The notes below the pieces were generated by a model that saw only the letters and a program-made list of their open reading frames with translations, searched no databases and was not told the DNA's origin. Below are positions 27,901 to 41,603 of a stretch of DNA of 64,000 nt, one piece after another. The DNA is from Phycisphaerales bacterium. GTDB taxonomy: Bacteria; Planctomycetota; Phycisphaerae; Phycisphaerales; SM1A02. Location of the stretch: NCBI GenBank assembly GCA_014238125.1, contig JABABS010000088.1, positions 20,847-84,846 of the forward strand. The letters are read 5' to 3'. A program made the translations under genes and the position numbers. Numbering within the stretch: the stretch's first letter is position 1; every line of letters starts with the position of its first letter.

Positions 27901-28692
27901 ATTTCTGTAGGTGACAAAATGGCTGGTCGTCACGGCAACAAGGGTGTGATTGCACGTATTGTTGCTGAAGAAGACATGCCATTTATGGAAGATGGCACAC
28001 CTGTTGACATCTTGCTTAACCCACTTGGTGTACCTTCACGGATGAACGTTGGTCAACTTCTTGAATTACATCTTGGTTGGGCAGCAAAAGTCCTCGGTTT
28101 CCAAGCGGTTACGCCTGTATTTGATGGTGCAACTGAAGCAGAAGTTCTCGGTGCAATTGACGAAGCCAACGAATATGTTCAAACTCGTTGTGACGATTTT
28201 GAAGCAACTGGTAACAACCCAGGTGGTCCAAGAGACATTATGGCGAAAATTCCATTCGGCGGAAAAGTGCAGTTGTACGACGGTCGAACTGGCGATGCTT
28301 TTAAACAACCAACTTCTGTCGGTGTCATGTACATGTTGAAATTGCATCACTTGATTGACGACAAAATTCACGCGCGATCTACAGGACCTTACAGTTTGAT
28401 CACGCAACAGCCACTCGGCGGTAAAGCTAGAACTGGTGGTCAGCGATTTGGCGAAATGGAAGTTTGGGCGCTTGAAGGTTACGGAGCAGCGTATACACTT
28501 CAAGAACTCCTCACCGTAAAAAGTGATGACGTAGATGGTCGCACAAAAATCTACGACTCTATGGTGAAAAATACAAATGTTCTCGAAGCAGGCATGCCTG
28601 TTGTATTCGATGTGCTCTGTCACGAAATTCGAGGCTTATGTATGAATATTGAACTTGAGAAGGATCAACCTGATAGCAGCAGTTTGCTGTAA
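24907..28692 (+). CDS. rpoB: DNA-directed RNA polymerase subunit beta
   Basis: 1261 aa with conserved RpoB blocks (GRHGNKGV, FGEMEVWALEGYGAAYTLQE). Confidence 0.97.
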   Translation: MATNTIRNFAKRGDAIPVPNLTQVQGRAYNKLIQEDCDPLEREPIGLEGLLREVFPIESYDGSMRVEYLYYKLEKPRYTTAECKELRRTYGLPFRIGVQFVRDEVAEVIKEEIYLGEIPYMIGGGEFIVNGSERVIVNQLHRSPGIDFHLLEDIGDRQLHKARIIPERGSWIEIEVTKKDVLAMKIDQSAKIAATTFLRALDEKFSSTEKILDYFYDVKEISVNKLKPEYYSAEHILDAETGEELCKVGSQIGDALETILASPIKKISVIADPADPLILNTLAIEKLDFLADATEHEAALLKIYGRLRPGNPPQVEKARQLFAEKFFDDNRYRLGKVGRFRINRKFDMDVPEDVMHLRAEDFLAAVGYIHDLRSRKEGARVDDIDHLGNRRLRTLDELAVEEMRKGFLKLRRTVQERMSVKDPEELAKVADLVNSKAVSSAIDFFFGRSELSQVVDQTNPLSMIVHERRLSALGPGGLNRKRAGFDVRDVHVSHYGRICPIETPEGTNIGLIASLGIYASIDEYGFIQTPYRTVKNLKATDEVKLLRADEEINTVLAPTEVLDENSKISTEHVIARRSGDVTQVNPSDIEYIDISPKQLVGISASLIPFLEHDDANRALMGSNMQRQAVPLIIPQAPSVATGMEQFVGKDSGLLVKSKRSGTVTYVDGQRILIDDADEYTLKTFQRLNERTCQSQKPIVKLGDKIKEGQIIADGASTVNGELAIGKNVLVAFNTFDGYNFEDAIVISERLVKDDTFTSIHIDNFSVEVRDTKLGKEEFTRDIPNVSEKQLMSLNEDGVIRNGARVGPSDILVGKVVPKSKNELTPEEKLLHAIFGRAGEDVKNESLTVPAGSSGVVIGSNHFSRRMHLGDEQKADLKHKMENYEEVMNAEAISLFREMVRQMNEIIGTEMVDSATRQKVGMSDIPEVILEQIENFSEKWVKGSKGSKENALEVLGRYWPRIEAIETEKKRKLDHMKRGDELNSGVLEKTVVYLANKRAISVGDKMAGRHGNKGVIARIVAEEDMPFMEDGTPVDILLNPLGVPSRMNVGQLLELHLGWAAKVLGFQAVTPVFDGATEAEVLGAIDEANEYVQTRCDDFEATGNNPGGPRDIMAKIPFGGKVQLYDGRTGDAFKQPTSVGVMYMLKLHHLIDDKIHARSTGPYSLITQQPLGGKARTGGQRFGEMEVWALEGYGAAYTLQELLTVKSDDVDGRTKIYDSMVKNTNVLEAGMPVVFDVLCHEIRGLCMNIELEKDQPDSSSLL

Positions 28693-28757
28693 GTAAGGCC
28701 CTGCCTTTTATTTGAACTACACGCATCAACTACTCTTGTAGATGGAAGAAAAAAAGA

Positions 28758-31700
28758 ATGTCTGAAAACATCTTTGATAAAGTAAACGACTACGGCTCAG
28801 TACGAATTGGCCTCGCAAGCCCCAGCGATATTCGCAGTTGGAGTTTTGGCGAAGTCAAAAAACCTGAGACAATCAACTACCGAACATATCGACCTGAAAA
28901 GGACGGTCTATTCTGTGAACGAATTTTTGGGCCTGAACGCGACTACGAATGTGGTTGTGGAAAGTACAAAGGAACCAAGTATAAAGGCATCATTTGCGAC
29001 CGCTGTGGTGTCAAAGTATGCCACTCGCGTGTTCGAAGGAAACGCATGGGGCATATCAACTTGGCAGCGCCTGTTGTACACATCTGGTTCTTCAAAGCAC
29101 TACCAAGTCGCCTTGGCACTTTGCTTGGCATGAAAACATCTGATCTTGAAAAGATCATTTACTTCCAAGATTACGTCGTGCTAGATCCGGGTGATACCGA
29201 AAAGGAATATCGTGAAGTCATCACCGAAGATGAGTATCGTGAAATCACAGCCAAGGGTGGCTACGGACCATTCCGCGCCGTCATGGGTGCAGATGCAGTT
29301 CGAGAACTTATCGAATCGACAGACCTATGCGAACTTGCACAGCAACTTCGCGAAGATCTTGCAGCAACAAGGTCAAAACAAAAGACAAAAGATCTTGCAA
29401 AACGATTGAAACTTGTTGAGCAACTTCGTGGCAGTAAAAACAGCCCTGAATGGATGATCCTAGAAGTAGTACCTGTCATTCCACCAGAATTAAGACCACT
29501 CGTTCTTCTAGAATCGGGCAACTTTGCTACAAGTGACCTTAACGATCTTTACAGGCGAATTATTAACAGAAACAATCGACTTAAAAAATTGATGGACCTC
29601 AATGCCCCTGAAGTCATCATCCGAAATGAAAAACGAATGTTGCAACAAGCAGTTGACGCATTGTTTGATAACGGCAGATGTAGACGTCCAGTTCTTGGAA
29701 GTTCAAACCGACCACTCAAGTCCATCACTGACATGATTAAGGGCAAGCAAGGTCGCTTCCGCGAAAACTTACTCGGTAAACGCGTCGATTACTCCGCACG
29801 TTCCGTCATCGTAGTTGGCCCAGAACTCAAACTCAATCAATGCGGTCTTCCAAAGAAAATTGCTCTAGAGTTGTTCCAACCATTTATCATCAGACGACTC
29901 AAAGAACAGGGACTCGCTGACACGATCAAGTCTGCAAAACGCATGCTAGATCGCCGAGATCCTGAAGTTTGGGATATTCTCGAGCAAGTAATTTATCAAC
30001 ATCCAGTGATGCTCAACCGTGCACCAACGTTGCACCGTATGGGTATTCAAGCGTTTGAACCTGTACTTGTAGAAGGCAAGGCGATCACGCTTCACCCCCT
30101 AGTATGTTCTGGTTTTAATGCTGACTTCGACGGTGACCAAATGGCGGTCCACTTGCCACTTTCCGTAGAAGCTCAAGCTGAAACTCAAGTGCTGATGCTT
30201 GCAACGAACAACATTTTCTCCCCAGCGCATGGCAACCCGCTTGTTTCGCCAAGTCAAGATATTGTCATGGGCGTTTACTTTTTAACGCACATGGACGATA
30301 ACGACACACGTGAAGACAACGAACTTATGAAGTTCCGAAATGCACAAGAAGCAATTCTTGCGTATGACTTCGATCGTATTACTTTACAAGAACGTATTCA
30401 AGTTCGACTTCCCCGCTACCCATCCTTTGTTGCGGATGAAAAGGGTAAAATTGAACCAATGCCAGAAAATGCGCGAATCGTAACTACGGTTGGTCGTATT
30501 CTCTTTTGCGAAATTTTATCACAGGGTATGCCATTCTATAATTGCACGCTAACTAAGAAGGGTTGCAGCCGTGTTATTGACGACACGTATGAAATTATTG
30601 GTCGAGATGGAACACTTACACTCCTTGATGACATGAAGGAAATTGGTTTTAAAACTGCTACGTGGTCTGGCATTTCCATTGCTATTACTGACATGCGTAT
30701 TCCTTCCACAAAACAAGAACTTATCGACAAAACTCAAACAAAAGTTGATCGCATTGAAGCAGCAACTGCTGCTGGTGCGATAACCAATCAAGAACGTCAT
30801 AACCAGTTGCTTGACCTTTGGTCACATTGCCGAGAATCACTAACAGGTGAGCTCATTAAGACACTTGAACACGACCGCCGAGGTGTTGCTACAAACAGCG
30901 AGTGTGAAATTGGTTCTGACGAGGGTTACCGATATCTCAACCCTGTGTATCTCATGTCAACATCCGGTGCTCGAGGCAACATCAGTCAAATGCAGCAACT
31001 TGCTGGCATGCGTGGTTTGATGACAAAACCAAGTGGTGAAATTATTGAAACTCCAATTCGTGCGAACTTCAGAGAAGGATTAAATGTTCTTGAATATTTC
31101 TCATCTACACACGGAGCTCGAAAAGGTTTGGCAGATACAGCATTGAAAACTGCTGACTCTGGTTACCTCACACGCAAGTTGTACGACGTTGCACAATCCG
31201 TTGTTGTCAACGAGTTCAACTGCGGCACAAAGCGTGGCGTAACAAAACGTGCTGTGTACAAAGGCGACGAAGTTCATGTTCCATTGCAAGAACTCATTAA
31301 AGGTCGCACGAGTATGCAGACCATCATGAACCCTGTTACTGATACCACGATAGTGGCTGATAAACAAATCATTGATGACAATATTGCTGAAGCTCTTGGC
31401 AAACTCAATATTGATGCTGTGCAAGTTCGTTCACCGCTAACATGTGAATCCCCCGGTGGCTGCTGTGCACTTTGTTACGGCAACGATCTCTCAACAAGTG
31501 ATCTTATTGAGGAAGGTATGGCCGTTGGCACAATTGCAGCACAATCGATTGGTGAACCAGGAACGCAATTAACAATGCGTACATTCCATACAGGTTGTGT
31601 TGCATCCCGCGAATTTGTTGAAACAAATTACAAAGCAACTCAATCTGGCACAATGATGTTACGTGACTGTAATGAAGTCCCACTTCCAAACAACACCGAT

Positions 31701-33134
31701 GGACACCTTATTGTTCTAAAACGAACAGGTGAATTGATCATCGTCGATGATAAGGGTCGTGAACTTGATAATGCTTTCCGAATCCCTTACGGTGCAAGTG
31801 TTCGTGTCAAATCTGGAACGAAAGTCAAAAAGGGCAACATTCTTGTTGAATGGGATCCCCACCGTACACCAATTCTTGCAGAGAAAACTGGCAAAATTGT
31901 CTTCCAAGACATTGAACTTGGTACGACTCTACGACAAGAAGAGAGCAAAGGAAATATTGAATTCATCGTGACTGAACATACTGGCGATCTTCATCCGCAA
32001 ATTCTTATTCAAGACGACGATGGACGGACGCTTGACTTCCACCATCTTCCTGCGAAAGCTCGTATCGAAGTTAAAATTGGCGAAACAGTCGTTACAGGGC
32101 AAATGCTTGCTCGTCGCCCTCGTGAAGTTGCTGGTACTGCTGATATCGTTGGTGGTCTCCCACGTGTAACAGAAATTTTCGAAGCTCGTGTTCCGAAAGA
32201 ACCAGCAATACTTGCTCAAATCACTGGCAAAGTTGAATTGCAAGCGGATCGAAAACGAGGCAAAATGGTGCTTCACGTAATTCCTGACAGTGGTGATCCA
32301 GTTGAACACCTTGTTCCTCAGGGCAAACACCTTTTAGTTCACACGGGTGATCTTGTTCAAGCAGGTGACACACTTACTGAAGGTCCTCGTGATCCAAACA
32401 ACATTCTTGACATTAATGGTGAAGAAGAGTTGTACACCTATCTCATCTCAGAAGTTCAAAATGTATATCGTGCGCAAGGCGTGCCTGTTTCTGACAAGCA
32501 CATTGAAGTCATTCTTTCTCGCATGCTTAGTAAAGTCCAAGTTGAAAAAGCGGGCGATACAGACCTCTTACCTCTAGACATTATCGAGCGATACAAATTC
32601 CGTAATGCCAACAAAGAAATTGATGGCTCCTTGCTCATTAAAGAATCTGGTGACACTGACTTCATGGTTGGTGATCTTGTTCCCAAGGCAGACATCAAGG
32701 AAGCGAATGCTGTGGCTGAAGCCGAAGGCAAAGCTAGAGCGAAAACATCAAGACCTAAGAAGGCGACTGGTAAGCCACTTCTTCTTGGTATTACTAAGGC
32801 AGCGTTGCAATCCGAATCATTCCTATCAGGCGCTTCATTCCAAGAAACAACAAAAGTACTCACTGAAGCGTCATTACGCGGCGCTGTTGATACGCTCAAA
32901 GGATTGAAGGAAAATGTCCTCCTTGGTCACCTTGTCCCAGCGGGTACAGGTTTTGATCCGTATCACACTATGAAAGTAAAACATCTAGTCGAACCACCCG
33001 CATCAGAAGAGGATGAAGAAGCCAACATGATGCAGGACGCTATCGACAAAGCCGAATCACTAGGTGCCCAACGTGGAGGTCCAACCGTACAAGTTGAGAC
33101 ACCTAACTCGGGCGTTGAGGTCACAAAGGCGTAA
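28758..33134 (+). CDS. rpoC: DNA-directed RNA polymerase subunit beta'
   Basis: 1458 aa with zinc-binding CxCGKY...CxxCGV, catalytic [12 protein letters not shown], and trigger-loop and clamp regions. Confidence 0.97.
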   Translation: MSENIFDKVNDYGSVRIGLASPSDIRSWSFGEVKKPETINYRTYRPEKDGLFCERIFGPERDYECGCGKYKGTKYKGIICDRCGVKVCHSRVRRKRMGHINLAAPVVHIWFFKALPSRLGTLLGMKTSDLEKIIYFQDYVVLDPGDTEKEYREVITEDEYREITAKGGYGPFRAVMGADAVRELIESTDLCELAQQLREDLAATRSKQKTKDLAKRLKLVEQLRGSKNSPEWMILEVVPVIPPELRPLVLLESGNFATSDLNDLYRRIINRNNRLKKLMDLNAPEVIIRNEKRMLQQAVDALFDNGRCRRPVLGSSNRPLKSITDMIKGKQGRFRENLLGKRVDYSARSVIVVGPELKLNQCGLPKKIALELFQPFIIRRLKEQGLADTIKSAKRMLDRRDPEVWDILEQVIYQHPVMLNRAPTLHRMGIQAFEPVLVEGKAITLHPLVCSGFNADFDGDQMAVHLPLSVEAQAETQVLMLATNNIFSPAHGNPLVSPSQDIVMGVYFLTHMDDNDTREDNELMKFRNAQEAILAYDFDRITLQERIQVRLPRYPSFVADEKGKIEPMPENARIVTTVGRILFCEILSQGMPFYNCTLTKKGCSRVIDDTYEIIGRDGTLTLLDDMKEIGFKTATWSGISIAITDMRIPSTKQELIDKTQTKVDRIEAATAAGAITNQERHNQLLDLWSHCRESLTGELIKTLEHDRRGVATNSECEIGSDEGYRYLNPVYLMSTSGARGNISQMQQLAGMRGLMTKPSGEIIETPIRANFREGLNVLEYFSSTHGARKGLADTALKTADSGYLTRKLYDVAQSVVVNEFNCGTKRGVTKRAVYKGDEVHVPLQELIKGRTSMQTIMNPVTDTTIVADKQIIDDNIAEALGKLNIDAVQVRSPLTCESPGGCCALCYGNDLSTSDLIEEGMAVGTIAAQSIGEPGTQLTMRTFHTGCVASREFVETNYKATQSGTMMLRDCNEVPLPNNTDGHLIVLKRTGELIIVDDKGRELDNAFRIPYGASVRVKSGTKVKKGNILVEWDPHRTPILAEKTGKIVFQDIELGTTLRQEESKGNIEFIVTEHTGDLHPQILIQDDDGRTLDFHHLPAKARIEVKIGETVVTGQMLARRPREVAGTADIVGGLPRVTEIFEARVPKEPAILAQITGKVELQADRKRGKMVLHVIPDSGDPVEHLVPQGKHLLVHTGDLVQAGDTLTEGPRDPNNILDINGEEELYTYLISEVQNVYRAQGVPVSDKHIEVILSRMLSKVQVEKAGDTDLLPLDIIERYKFRNANKEIDGSLLIKESGDTDFMVGDLVPKADIKEANAVAEAEGKARAKTSRPKKATGKPLLLGITKAALQSESFLSGASFQETTKVLTEASLRGAVDTLKGLKENVLLGHLVPAGTGFDPYHTMKVKHLVEPPASEEDEEANMMQDAIDKAESLGAQRGGPTVQVETPNSGVEVTKA

Positions 33135-33156
33135 ACCTCTCCCAAAAGTATTTTCG

Positions 33157-33188
33157 AAAAAGCCCCTCTCTTTGGGGGGCTTTTTTTT
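33157..33188 (+). terminator. intrinsic terminator after rpoC
   Basis: AAAAAGCCCC-TCTCTTTG-GGGGCTTTTTTTT: GC stem followed by a T8 run about 25 nt after the rpoC stop. Confidence 0.75.
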
Positions 33189-33577
33189 GCAGCAAGAAAC
33201 GAGCTCGTAGGTCATTTCTTGCTTTAGACCTGGCACCATTTGGGTCACAGAGGAGAGGTCAATTTCAAATTTTGCCGTGCAATTTACCTATATGGCATTT
33301 CAGTCAGAGTGTGAAGAATATGCCTTTTTTTTGATCAAAATCGCAAAAAAAGCATACACTTATCAGACTCAGGGGGGTATCATCAGTTACCAATGTACGT
33401 GGCTTTGGAGCCCCCTCTCACAACCACCTGCTCATTTCTGTTTGACCTCATATTTGGGTCAACTCAAACTACAAAACCCCTTCTAGGGTATGGACTTACA
33501 GCTGGTGGAGTTTTATTCTCAGCCACAATTCAAAGAGACTTTTCGCAACTCACGCGGCATATACCGAAAGCTAACTT

Positions 33578-36500
33578 ATGAATCAAAGAAACATGACCAC
33601 TAAAAAAAATACGTTGAAATCGCTTATTTCGATTGCAGCATTTGCATGCACGATTTTCGCCGGAACACTCACAGCAGAAGTTGTCAAATCCGAACAAATT
33701 CAACGTGGTCTCGATCCTTTGATTCTAGCAATTGTTGATGGGTTTGAAAATGAAAAGCTGATCACAGCCAAGGAATACACTTCCACACGAACTTTAAAAC
33801 CTCGCGCCAAAAATCGTAAGGAACGAGTCACAATTACCGATCGGTCCCGCTTGATGGTCAAATTTTCTGATGAACTCAAAGTTCGAGTTACATCAAATGG
33901 ACAGCTTGTTTCACGAACTGGTAAATCTCTTGACACTGTCATCGACACCATCCTTTCGCTCGGTGTCACAATCTCTCCTGCTGCCGATGTAGAAGAAGCA
34001 AAAGTCAATGACCTTATCGCTCGTGCTGAAGCACGAACTGGTAACCAAATGCCAGACATTGGTGGAGTGTTCTGGATTGACGGTCCACTCACAGCAGTAA
34101 AAACCGCTGCCGACGTGTTCTTCGTGATGTCAGAAGTTGAGTGGCTCAATGCACCGAAGATCCACCCTTCTAACTCGCCTTACCGTGGCGAAAAATTGGC
34201 GAAAAAAACTGGGCGAGCATTTAATCACCCAACCAGAAAATTCTCGGCAAACAAAACAAGCAAAATTATTATAGGTGCTTGTATGTTCCGATCCGGAATG
34301 TGCCAAGAATCTGTTTCACCTAAAACCTGCAAAGATTTAAATGGAACGTTCTTGGGACTCGGGTCCGTCTGTGAAAGTGATTCACAAGAGGGAGCAAACC
34401 GAGGCGCTGGAACTGCATGTTGTACCCTAAGTGGATGCACAGACACTAATTTCGCTGCGTGTATGACTGTCAATGGGATTTGGTTCGGTGCCGATGGTGA
34501 TATATGTGATGATATCGCTGACAACTGCCCCCCAATTTTCACTGCCTACGATCTGTGTGGTTCTTTTGGCGACCTAGACACATACTTCACTGGCGACTGC
34601 TACATTGATCAAACCATCCAATTCGTTTCTGTGAATAGGCCAATGAACGCCGCGGGCTGCCTCGATACGTCCTTAGGCGGAGATCCAAACCCACAAGAAG
34701 GCTTTATCGATGAAGATCAAAATTGTTGTGCAGACATTTCTGCAGCCCGCCCAAGTTGTGGAACAACTTTGTGGGATGCCGTTTGCGCATCCTACGCAAA
34801 CTCTGGAAACTTCGATTGCCTTAGGGGCAGTGATTGCGAAACTCCATTTGGTCCAAACCGCCCAACCCGAGATGGCGGCGGCAACCCGCAACCTAAGATG
34901 AACTTTGCAAATAATTGCGTTGATCCTATCACTCCATTTGATGCAAACTGCTGGCCATTTGACCCAACAGTTCCATTTTTTACACCGCAAGCAACTACCC
35001 CAGACTTATTCAAAATGGGATTACAAACGTGGGCGACAGACGAAGCACTTAGTTACAACGATTGGAGCCTAAGTTCAGCAAACGCCCTCCCAGAACTGCT
35101 TCCTTGGCCTATGGGCGGAGGTGTCATTGATGAAGTGAGTTATCTCATGAATGATTGGCCTCCAGCAATAGCTAACCTTCTGAATCCCATCGACGGTCTA
35201 CCTACACCTATTGGTGTAACTGGTGGAATTACTGCCACAATGTGGGGGGGGCAAGGCTTAAATCTCTACCCTATAAACCCCGATGCTGACCCCGGGGGTA
35301 TGAATTCTGATGATCTATATTCAGGCTTGTATGGTTTGGGTCAATTTCACGAAGATTTGAATGAAGGGCCAAATGGCACCTACGGCGCTGGAGTCAAAGT
35401 AGTTGTCCTTGACTATGCCACGGACATTCAATCCTATACAGTCACCCATAATGGTGTTACAACAATCTATGGTTCTGTGCATGAAGAATTTAGCAATATC
35501 GTTATAGAAGGACCAGATACCGGACATGATGAAATACTAATGTACTTCGACCCATCAGCTCCTTTTTCATATTCTAGGCATCATGGCAACGCAGTCCTTG
35601 GAGTACTCGCTGCAGATTGGGATCCAGACAATCCAGATAGCAACGTTGGAATCAGAGGTCTAGTGCCAGAAGCAGAGTTTTCCTTTTACCCGCTTGTTGG
35701 TGCCGTAATTGATGAGGATGAAGTTGTCCACGGGGAAGGTCGATCACCAACTGCGTGGATTCATGGCATGCTTACCCTGCAACCAGGTGATGTAATCGCT
35801 GCAACCTACAACCCACAAGGTGGTCAAGGCGGCGGAGTCAACAACATTGATTATAACCCTGCTACCCACGATCGAATCACCGTTGCCACTGCTCTTGGAA
35901 TCTCCGTCGTAATCGGGGCTGGCATGAGTGGCGAAGATTTAGGCGCAGTGGACACACCTTCAGGTACCGATTCCGGTGCAATTGTAGCTGGTGCTGTTTC
36001 CCCGGGTGAACCTTACAAACGGTATGCAGATGGCAATCGCAGTTCAAACTACGTTGTGGGTGATGGCGGAGTGTATGGAGAAACCAATTTCTCAAAAGTC
36101 ACAGCAAGTGCGTTTGGCACAGGTATAACGACTTGTGGTTTTGGACCAAACATGGACAATTGGCTTGGATACCAAATTGTTGATTACAGTGATCCCTGCA
36201 ATTACAATATTGTTGCATCACGATCCTATACAAACAACTTTAGTGGGACTTCAGCTGCAGCAGCCATAATGGCTGGCTGCGTCATAGCAATGCAAGGCTA
36301 CGCTCTACAAGTATTCGACACCCCACTCTCCCCAATTTTCACTCGTCTTTATATTGGCGGAGGCAGTTACGCAGGCATGACTCCTTCGGACCCTGATGAT
36401 CCAACCCAAGGCGGAGATCCTATTTTGTCATATCCTCAAACTACAGGCCTCTCATCAGAAAATGCCGTGAACGGCGGCGGCACAGCATGGGATTTTGTTG

Positions 36501-37153
36501 ATGTAGATGCTGGTACTGGCAACCTTGTTGGGAATGTTTTAAACCCATGGAGAAGTTGCCAAGACGCCCTCGTTGATCCGATTTTCGATACACCCGGCAT
36601 TAACGACATTATGATTATCAGTGGTGAACATCATCTGGGAAACTCCGGATCAATTGCAGCCCAAGACAGTATGTATTTTTCCTTATTCCCAGAAATGAGA
36701 TCTGTTGGTGAACATGATGTTCCTGACGATTACACCGGCCCTGGTGATACGGTTACATACTTGTCAACTGCACATGTCAGTGATATTTACCTCTCAGGTC
36801 TACTCCGCGGTGGTCTTTCACCGGGCAATATCATGAACTGGGATGTTGTCATGCTTGACTCTACATACACCTCAACAATCCTTCTCTTGTACATGTGGGA
36901 CTTCTCGAGAAGGAAATGGGTACAAGCGGCGTCATCCGAACTTCTTAGCGATGAAGATGTCAACGACGAAGGGAAGATTGAAGCGAATTTCCTTGTGCAA
37001 CGAGCATCTAGAATGCTTGATCGAACTGGTCTTTATCACGCGAGATTTGTTACCGTTACTCAACCAGACGGCGACGATCAACTTTTTCCATATTACTATG
37101 ATCAAATTCGAGTTCGATCGGCATCTTTCCCTGGACCGATCACAATGCCGTGA
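33578..37153 (+). CDS. large secreted subtilisin-like serine peptidase (S8 family) with N-terminal prodomain-like and Cys-rich regions
   Basis: Signal-like N-terminus (LISIAAFACTIFAGTLTA). Catalytic-triad contexts VKVVVLDYATD (Asp), HHGNAVLGVLAA (His) and GTSAAAAIMAGCVIAMQG (Ser). Cys-rich segment at about 34280-34960. Alternative start ATG 33593. Confidence 0.75.
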   Translation: MNQRNMTTKKNTLKSLISIAAFACTIFAGTLTAEVVKSEQIQRGLDPLILAIVDGFENEKLITAKEYTSTRTLKPRAKNRKERVTITDRSRLMVKFSDELKVRVTSNGQLVSRTGKSLDTVIDTILSLGVTISPAADVEEAKVNDLIARAEARTGNQMPDIGGVFWIDGPLTAVKTAADVFFVMSEVEWLNAPKIHPSNSPYRGEKLAKKTGRAFNHPTRKFSANKTSKIIIGACMFRSGMCQESVSPKTCKDLNGTFLGLGSVCESDSQEGANRGAGTACCTLSGCTDTNFAACMTVNGIWFGADGDICDDIADNCPPIFTAYDLCGSFGDLDTYFTGDCYIDQTIQFVSVNRPMNAAGCLDTSLGGDPNPQEGFIDEDQNCCADISAARPSCGTTLWDAVCASYANSGNFDCLRGSDCETPFGPNRPTRDGGGNPQPKMNFANNCVDPITPFDANCWPFDPTVPFFTPQATTPDLFKMGLQTWATDEALSYNDWSLSSANALPELLPWPMGGGVIDEVSYLMNDWPPAIANLLNPIDGLPTPIGVTGGITATMWGGQGLNLYPINPDADPGGMNSDDLYSGLYGLGQFHEDLNEGPNGTYGAGVKVVVLDYATDIQSYTVTHNGVTTIYGSVHEEFSNIVIEGPDTGHDEILMYFDPSAPFSYSRHHGNAVLGVLAADWDPDNPDSNVGIRGLVPEAEFSFYPLVGAVIDEDEVVHGEGRSPTAWIHGMLTLQPGDVIAATYNPQGGQGGGVNNIDYNPATHDRITVATALGISVVIGAGMSGEDLGAVDTPSGTDSGAIVAGAVSPGEPYKRYADGNRSSNYVVGDGGVYGETNFSKVTASAFGTGITTCGFGPNMDNWLGYQIVDYSDPCNYNIVASRSYTNNFSGTSAAAAIMAGCVIAMQGYALQVFDTPLSPIFTRLYIGGGSYAGMTPSDPDDPTQGGDPILSYPQTTGLSSENAVNGGGTAWDFVDVDAGTGNLVGNVLNPWRSCQDALVDPIFDTPGINDIMIISGEHHLGNSGSIAAQDSMYFSLFPEMRSVGEHDVPDDYTGPGDTVTYLSTAHVSDIYLSGLLRGGLSPGNIMNWDVVMLDSTYTSTILLLYMWDFSRRKWVQAASSELLSDEDVNDEGKIEANFLVQRASRMLDRTGLYHARFVTVTQPDGDDQLFPYYYDQIRVRSASFPGPITMP

Positions 37154-37171
37154 ATTTCATTTTAACATTAC

Positions 37172-37203
37172 AAAAAACCCCGCCGTAATGGCGGGTTTTT
37201 TTT
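37172..37203. terminator. bidirectional intrinsic terminator between convergent S8 protease gene and secretin/STAS/kinase operon
   Basis: AAAAAACCCCGCC-GTAAT-GGCGGGTTTTTTTT: GC-rich 6-bp stem flanked by an A6 run upstream and a T8 run downstream, so it reads as a terminator on both strands. Confidence 0.7.
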
Positions 37204-37306
37204 GTAATGTAGATGGCCTTAAATTCAATTTTTTGTGTGCCGATCAATTGCGAGGCCCAAACATCTATCCCTATAAACTAAATGTCAGAATTAATTGCGT
37301 CTGTGG

Positions 37307-37741
37307 TCAGTTATCCTGACGCTCTCTTATCATTTCAATTCGCCGACCACTATCCGATATCGTGACTTGGTTCATAAAAGCCCTAATCATTGCAAGCCCA
37401 CGACCTGAGGGAAGAGTTAAGTTCTCATCAGCGGTAGGGTCAGGCACTGCACTCTCGTCATATCCACGTCCACTATCACAAACAACCATAGCAACTTTGT
37501 TTTTGCAAATTGACCACTGCACTTCAATGATCCTTTCACGATCACCTTGGTGACCATGCAAGATGGCATTTGCAATCGCTTCCTCAATTGCAATTCGAAC
37601 AGCAAACAAATCTTCTTCTTTATATTCAAGCGATTCCATTGTGTCGAGAATAGAATGCTGAACAAAATCCATAGACTCACGAGTGCCTTGCAACTTGTGC
37701 TTCTCTGTACATGTTCGTGGTTCAGCGTCTTCTGCCATCAT
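37307..37741 (-). CDS. anti-sigma regulatory factor, SpoIIAB/RsbW-type Ser/Thr kinase (HATPase_c)
   Basis: N-box IEEAIANAILHGH, G1 VCDSGRGYD and G2 PSGRGLAMIRAF. 144 aa is typical for the family. Confidence 0.8.
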   Translation of the reverse strand: MMAEDAEPRTCTEKHKLQGTRESMDFVQHSILDTMESLEYKEEDLFAVRIAIEEAIANAILHGHQGDRERIIEVQWSICKNKVAMVVCDSGRGYDESAVPDPTADENLTLPSGRGLAMIRAFMNQVTISDSGRRIEMIRERQDN

Positions 37742-37795
37742 CGCTCTCGATCCCCCGTTTACTTAACACCCCTCAAAAAATTATGCAAATATGAA

Positions 37796-38158
37796 TCAAC
37801 TTCTAACTGAGGAGATTGCCTCTGCGACTGTGTCATGGATTGAAAAGGCTTTGTCTAGTTTCGTAATTCTAAACACCTCACGTATTGGACCCTTGATACA
37901 AGCCATCGCAAGTTTGCCATTCTTTTCGTTCACTTTTGTATTTACAGTGATCAACATGCCTAATGCTGATGAACTTAGTGCTGAAACATTATTAAAATTA
38001 AGGATGATTTTCGGTAATCCCTTTCGATCAATAACACTTTGTAATTCATCGCCAATTTTACGGATAGCAATCTCATCGAGAATGTTGCTTTCAGCAAATT
38101 CGACATTTGAAATGCCTTCTTGTTCGAAGATTTGGAGCATAGATTGATCTGCCATCAT
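37796..38158 (-). CDS. STAS-domain anti-sigma factor antagonist (SpoIIAA/RsbV-like)
   Basis: 120 aa. LNFNNVSALSSSALGMLI aligns with the SpoIIAA phospho-serine loop (DLSxVxFxDSSGLGxL). Followed by KLAMACIKGPIREVFRITKLDKAF, the typical STAS C-terminal part. Confidence 0.8.
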   Translation of the reverse strand: MMADQSMLQIFEQEGISNVEFAESNILDEIAIRKIGDELQSVIDRKGLPKIILNFNNVSALSSSALGMLITVNTKVNEKNGKLAMACIKGPIREVFRITKLDKAFSIHDTVAEAISSVRS

Positions 38159-38185
38159 ATAAAACCTTTCAAATCTGTTGAAACC

Positions 38186-41305
<3,120 letters not shown>

Positions 41306-41433
41306 GAAACTCTCCAAAGTTCCTAATCTCTATCAGCATTGCGACAGTGCGATACTGATTGCTCGACGCATAGAAAGGTGGTTACGAATAACCAAACGCC
41401 GATCCCGCGAAAAAATCAACCCTGCTCATACAT

Positions 41434-41449
41434 AATATGTATACATATT
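41434..41449. promoter_or_regulatory. perfect 16-bp palindrome AATATGTATACATATT upstream of the secretin operon (candidate operator)
   Basis: Verified by hand as its own reverse complement. Lies about 129 nt upstream of the secretin ATG (41305), in the 298-nt carA-secretin intergenic region. Confidence 0.3.
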
Positions 41450-41603
41450 GTGTACTTGCAGAATTACCATTTACCGCACGCCTAACAAAGGCGTAAAAAT
41501 GGCTGTGCGGTAGCGTACAACACCCATAGAATGGCCGCAAGGTACATTCAGGGTAAGTTATAGGTTTTCGGACTTAGCGAAAAAAGACAAACTATAATTG
41601 CCT

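Noticed and set aside
28066-28623. Long antisense ORFs inside rpoB/rpoC and other large genes (e.g. 28066..28623, 27117..27542, 32456..32899, 33700..34149, 57393..57899).
   Set aside because: All are fully contained in strongly supported genes on the other strand, and none shows a recognisable motif. Such ORFs are expected by chance in long genes of this composition.
33277-33581. Small ORFs (69 aa and 62 aa) in the 443-nt gap between rpoC and the S8 protease gene.
   Set aside because: They overlap each other in different frames and have no Shine-Dalgarno-like motif, no recognisable domain and unremarkable composition. I treat the region as a 5' untranslated/promoter region of the protease gene.
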